Assembly (NCBI GenBank): GCA_044226015.1
Contig: JBGAHS010000004.1
Coordinates: forward strand, 672,001-736,000
Reading direction: 5' to 3'
Length of the DNA: 64,000 nt
Source of the DNA: Candidatus Obscuribacteraceae bacterium
GTDB taxonomy: Bacteria > Cyanobacteriota > Vampirovibrionia > Obscuribacterales > Obscuribacteraceae
The translations under genes and the position numbers were made by a program. Numbering within the stretch: position 1 is the first letter of the stretch; each line of letters starts with the position of its first letter. Positions 59,445-64,000 of this stretch are shown piece by piece. Under the pieces are notes generated by a model. It was not told where the DNA came from and made no database searches. It saw nothing but the letters and a program-made list of their open reading frames with translations.

Positions 59445-59906
59445 ATGGTTTATCAGCTATGTCCAGTCTGTAAACGCCCATACGATGGCATGAATTGTTT
59501 GCGATGCACGCAAGCTTCTATTTTCTTGCAGGGCTTTGGACAGGAAACTCTCGGACAGACGCAGTCCTCGAGCCCGGGAATTGTAGCTCGCTTGCCGGTT
59601 TCAGATGACAACGCAAAATTGAAACTTCCTGATGGACAAATGTACTGTGTCCCGAAACCCACCTGCAGAATTGGGCAGGACTCCACTAACGATATTGTTA
59701 TTAATGACGACAACTTTACTGCAAAATTCCATGCGCAAATTTCTTTTGATGATAAAGAGAACGAATATGTAATTCGCGATCTCGGCACCAAGGAAGGAAC
59801 CTTCTTGAACGGTGCCCCTGTGCATTTAGATCAGGTTGTCTTTAATGGCGATCAAATCAAAATCGGTAAAAACAAGTTTTACTTCATCAGCGATCTCGAT
59901 ATGTAG
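59445..59906 (+). CDS. FHA-domain protein with N-terminal Zn-ribbon
   Basis: CPVC...CLRC; IGQDSTNDIV, KFHAQI, IRDLGTKEGTFLNG, GDQIKIG. Confidence 0.85.
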   Translation: MVYQLCPVCKRPYDGMNCLRCTQASIFLQGFGQETLGQTQSSSPGIVARLPVSDDNAKLKLPDGQMYCVPKPTCRIGQDSTNDIVINDDNFTAKFHAQISFDDKENEYVIRDLGTKEGTFLNGAPVHLDQVVFNGDQIKIGKNKFYFISDLDM

Positions 59907-59957
59907 TTCGCGTTAAGGACCCGGTTTAGTCATCCACACAACTAAAAGATTTGGTCG

Positions 59958-61667
<1,710 letters not shown>

Positions 61668-61778
61668 CTAAGCCAACTCCAATAGATTACCAAGTTGCTG
61701 GAATGCTAACCCGGTGAGTTTTGAAATATGTCAGAGCTTCTGAAACATTTAATCGCTTTTCGTCCACTTCGGAACTTT

Positions 61779-62072
61779 CTAATCGCCTATTCGTGGCACA
61801 TGGAAGAATCCGTTTTCTGCTTCCGGTGCATTGGCTAGAAGCTTATCGTGACCTAATGATTCGATGACTTCGTCTTCTCTCAAGACATTGACTATAGGCA
61901 GTGCATGCGACATTGGCTCAACGCCAGTCGTATCTATCGAACTCAGCTCATTGAAACTGTCGATTATGCGTCCGAGCTGCTCTGCGTAAAGCTTCTTCTC
62001 GTCTTCTGTTAATGAAAGCCGCGCGAGTTTTGCGACGTGTTCGACATCCTTAATGCTTATCGACATGACCAC
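61779..62072 (-). CDS. gatC: Asp/Glu-tRNA amidotransferase subunit C
   Basis: VEHVAKLARL, DTTGVEP, LRED, LANAP and FFHVP motifs. Confidence 0.93.
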   Translation of the reverse strand: MVMSISIKDVEHVAKLARLSLTEDEKKLYAEQLGRIIDSFNELSSIDTTGVEPMSHALPIVNVLREDEVIESLGHDKLLANAPEAENGFFHVPRIGD

Positions 62073-62151
62073 CCCAGTAACTGTTATAGTGAGCCAATAT
62101 TAGCATGCCGATTGTCAACACGGACAATAGGCGAAGAGAAGGAATGCCGAA

Positions 62152-63162
62152 GTGCCGCCAATCTTAGCCGATGTGGGTGTCCTAATTTTTGCTTTATTGA
62201 TCATTTTGGGAGCTGCCGAGCTCTTTACGAATGGTGTAGAGTGGCTTGGCCAGAAATTTCAGCTGAGCGAAGGCGTTGTTGGAAGCGTTTTAGCTGCTGT
62301 GGGAACTGCATTGCCAGAGACCCTGATTCCCATCGTCGCCGTAACTGGGCATAGTCAGGAATTTCATGATGTTGGCGTAGGTGCTATAGCCGGTGCGCCA
62401 TTCATGCTTTGCACACTCACGATGTGCGTCTGCGGCACTGCAATCTGGCTTTTCAGTAAATCTGGCATCAGAACTGCTGAGTTAAAAATCAACAAAGTAG
62501 TGCTCTCTCGTGATTTGACTTTCTTTCTCCTAGCCTATTCGTTAGGTTTGATTTCGACTCTGGCGGCAGATTTGCCGCAAATCAGGCAAGCTGTTGCATT
62601 TTGTCTCTTGCTCACCTACGTGGTCTACCTGCGCATGACTTTTGCCCATGAGGGCGAAGTTGGAGAAGAGCCAGAGTCCTTGCATTTTGAAGTACTTAAG
62701 ATGGGAAAAAGCATTGCAGTTATAGTCCTGCAGGTTCTAGTCGGGCTTGCTGGAATTTTGTGGGGCGCCAATGCTTTTGTGGATCGGATTCACTCTATTG
62801 CATCAATTATCGATGTGCCGTCAGTGATTTTGGCGATGATTATTGCGCCTGTAGCGACTGAACTTCCCGAAAAGTTCAACAGCGTTATCTGGGTTCGCTC
62901 GCAGAAAGACACTTTAGCAATGGGTAACATAACCGGTGCATTGGTCTTTCAGAGCTGCTTTCCCGTAGCTTTTGGAGTTGCATTTACTCAGTGGCATCTT
63001 GGCGTTGGTACTATACTCAGTGGCATAGTGGCGCTGAGCTCTGCCTTTGTAATTTTGTTATTGATCAGGAAGGATGCATTGAAGTTTCATCATATGATGC
63101 TGGCAGGCTTGCTTTATGCTGCAACTGTAGGCTATTTGCTTTACACCCATTTGACTGATTGA
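62152..63162 (+). CDS. CaCA-family sodium:calcium antiporter-like protein
   Basis: Alpha repeats AVGTALPE and ATELPE, GNITG; about 10 TM segments. Confidence 0.88.
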   Translation: MPPILADVGVLIFALLIILGAAELFTNGVEWLGQKFQLSEGVVGSVLAAVGTALPETLIPIVAVTGHSQEFHDVGVGAIAGAPFMLCTLTMCVCGTAIWLFSKSGIRTAELKINKVVLSRDLTFFLLAYSLGLISTLAADLPQIRQAVAFCLLLTYVVYLRMTFAHEGEVGEEPESLHFEVLKMGKSIAVIVLQVLVGLAGILWGANAFVDRIHSIASIIDVPSVILAMIIAPVATELPEKFNSVIWVRSQKDTLAMGNITGALVFQSCFPVAFGVAFTQWHLGVGTILSGIVALSSAFVILLLIRKDALKFHHMMLAGLLYAATVGYLLYTHLTD

Positions 63163-63171
63163 TGGAATTTG

Positions 63172-64000
63172 ATGATCGGAAGCCGCAAGAAGTTCGTATT
63201 TGGTTCTGCCGACAGTTTCTTTGTCGCTGGGACTTTTTCGCTTGTTTTGCTTCAGCCCACGTCCTCCGAAGCGAAGCCTGCGCTTGCCCCTCGTGCCAAT
63301 TTTGCAGTGAATGAAATTGGCACAAACAATGATGAAGACATGCTTGCGAATGTCTTCGCTTTCAGTCAAGTATCGATGCTTTCCGAGAGCAGCGGAGCTG
63401 TAGCCCACGCAGCAGGCACTGGAGAGCCTGCTGAGCAATCTGAATTGGGTACCGATTCAATCGAGACTATTGACCCAAACTCAATGATGGGAAATTCTGA
63501 CGCAGGCTCATCTTCTTCGAATGATGCCGAAGAGTTCGCTGTTACCCTTGACGATTTGTCTTATGCTACAAAACAAGCAAGCATAAAGCTCAAGCGACGC
63601 GAGTTCAAAGCTTGCATACAAGTCTGTGATCGGATTTTGAAGGTAGACGAAGACAATTACACTGCGATGGGGCTTAAGGGACGCGCCCTGGTGGCACTAA
63701 AGAAATACGAAGAAGCGGCAGAGATTCTGAACAAGGTTATTTCTGCCGATCTGGCAAAACATGCAGTGTATGGCGCTCATGCTATTGCGATGCTTCAACT
63801 AGAAAAATACCAGAATGCCATCGATGACTGCAGCAAAGCAATCGCTTTAAGTCCGAAGAATCAAGAGTATTTCATCGTTCGAGCGGTGGCGGAACACCGG
63901 CTCAAAGACATCAAGCATGCCATGGATGATATCAATAAAGGTATGAGTTTGGACCCGGAGGGTCCAAATTTACCGCTTTTCTTGCTTGCAAGGTCTGAGA
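63172..64000 (+). CDS. TPR-repeat protein, 3' truncated by the window
   Basis: Open frame from ATG 63172 to the window end; KGRALVALKKYEEA and EKYQNAIDDCSKAIALSP TPR units. Confidence 0.85.
   Translation, partial: MIGSRKKFVFGSADSFFVAGTFSLVLLQPTSSEAKPALAPRANFAVNEIGTNNDEDMLANVFAFSQVSMLSESSGAVAHAAGTGEPAEQSELGTDSIETIDPNSMMGNSDAGSSSSNDAEEFAVTLDDLSYATKQASIKLKRREFKACIQVCDRILKVDEDNYTAMGLKGRALVALKKYEEAAEILNKVISADLAKHAVYGAHAIAMLQLEKYQNAIDDCSKAIALSPKNQEYFIVRAVAEHRLKDIKHAMDDINKGMSLDPEGPNLPLFLLARSE

Noticed and set aside
63162..63314. 50-aa Cys-rich ORF coupled to the antiporter stop
   Set aside because: It overlaps the long TPR reading frame starting at 63172 and is probably a shadow ORF

Overview
A 64-kb bacterial chromosomal segment. 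The many eukaryote-like Ser/Thr kinases, FecR/CHASE2 signalling genes, TPR proteins and low-complexity secreted proteins suggest a non-photosynthetic cyanobacterial relative (Vampirovibrionia/Melainabacteria, Obscuribacterales-like); this is inference only. Recognisable genes are ppdK (3' part), an M16 zinc protease, an SDR, nadC-nadA-nadB, an arylamine N-acetyltransferase, an NrtR-type Nudix regulator, a GH5-like hydrolase, an AI-2E transporter, tRNA-Gln(CUG), imuA-imuB-dnaE2, a GT-C glycosyltransferase, an FHA protein, pyrG, gatC and a Ca/cation antiporter. Four observations stand out. (1) A two-gene operon (helical+vWA, divergent Ro60/TROVE-like protein; ARPP-2-like protein) is preceded by a ~90-110 nt structured RNA with its own promoter, a Y-RNA-like end-to-end stem and a mutually exclusive terminator; it sits directly upstream of the imuAB-dnaE2 mutasome. 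(2) A palindrome CATAC-AGGT-GTATG in the imuA promoter looks like a variant LexA box. (3) A dispersed family of tandem arrays built on the palindrome CGGTACCG occurs at eight intergenic loci, always just 3' of a gene, with short (27-28 bp) and long (65-69 bp) units and a linker that is inverted at one locus. (4) Candidate NrtR GT-N7-AC boxes lie upstream of nadC. No integrase, transposase, cas gene or true CRISPR array was seen. All family assignments come from reading motifs, not from database searches.
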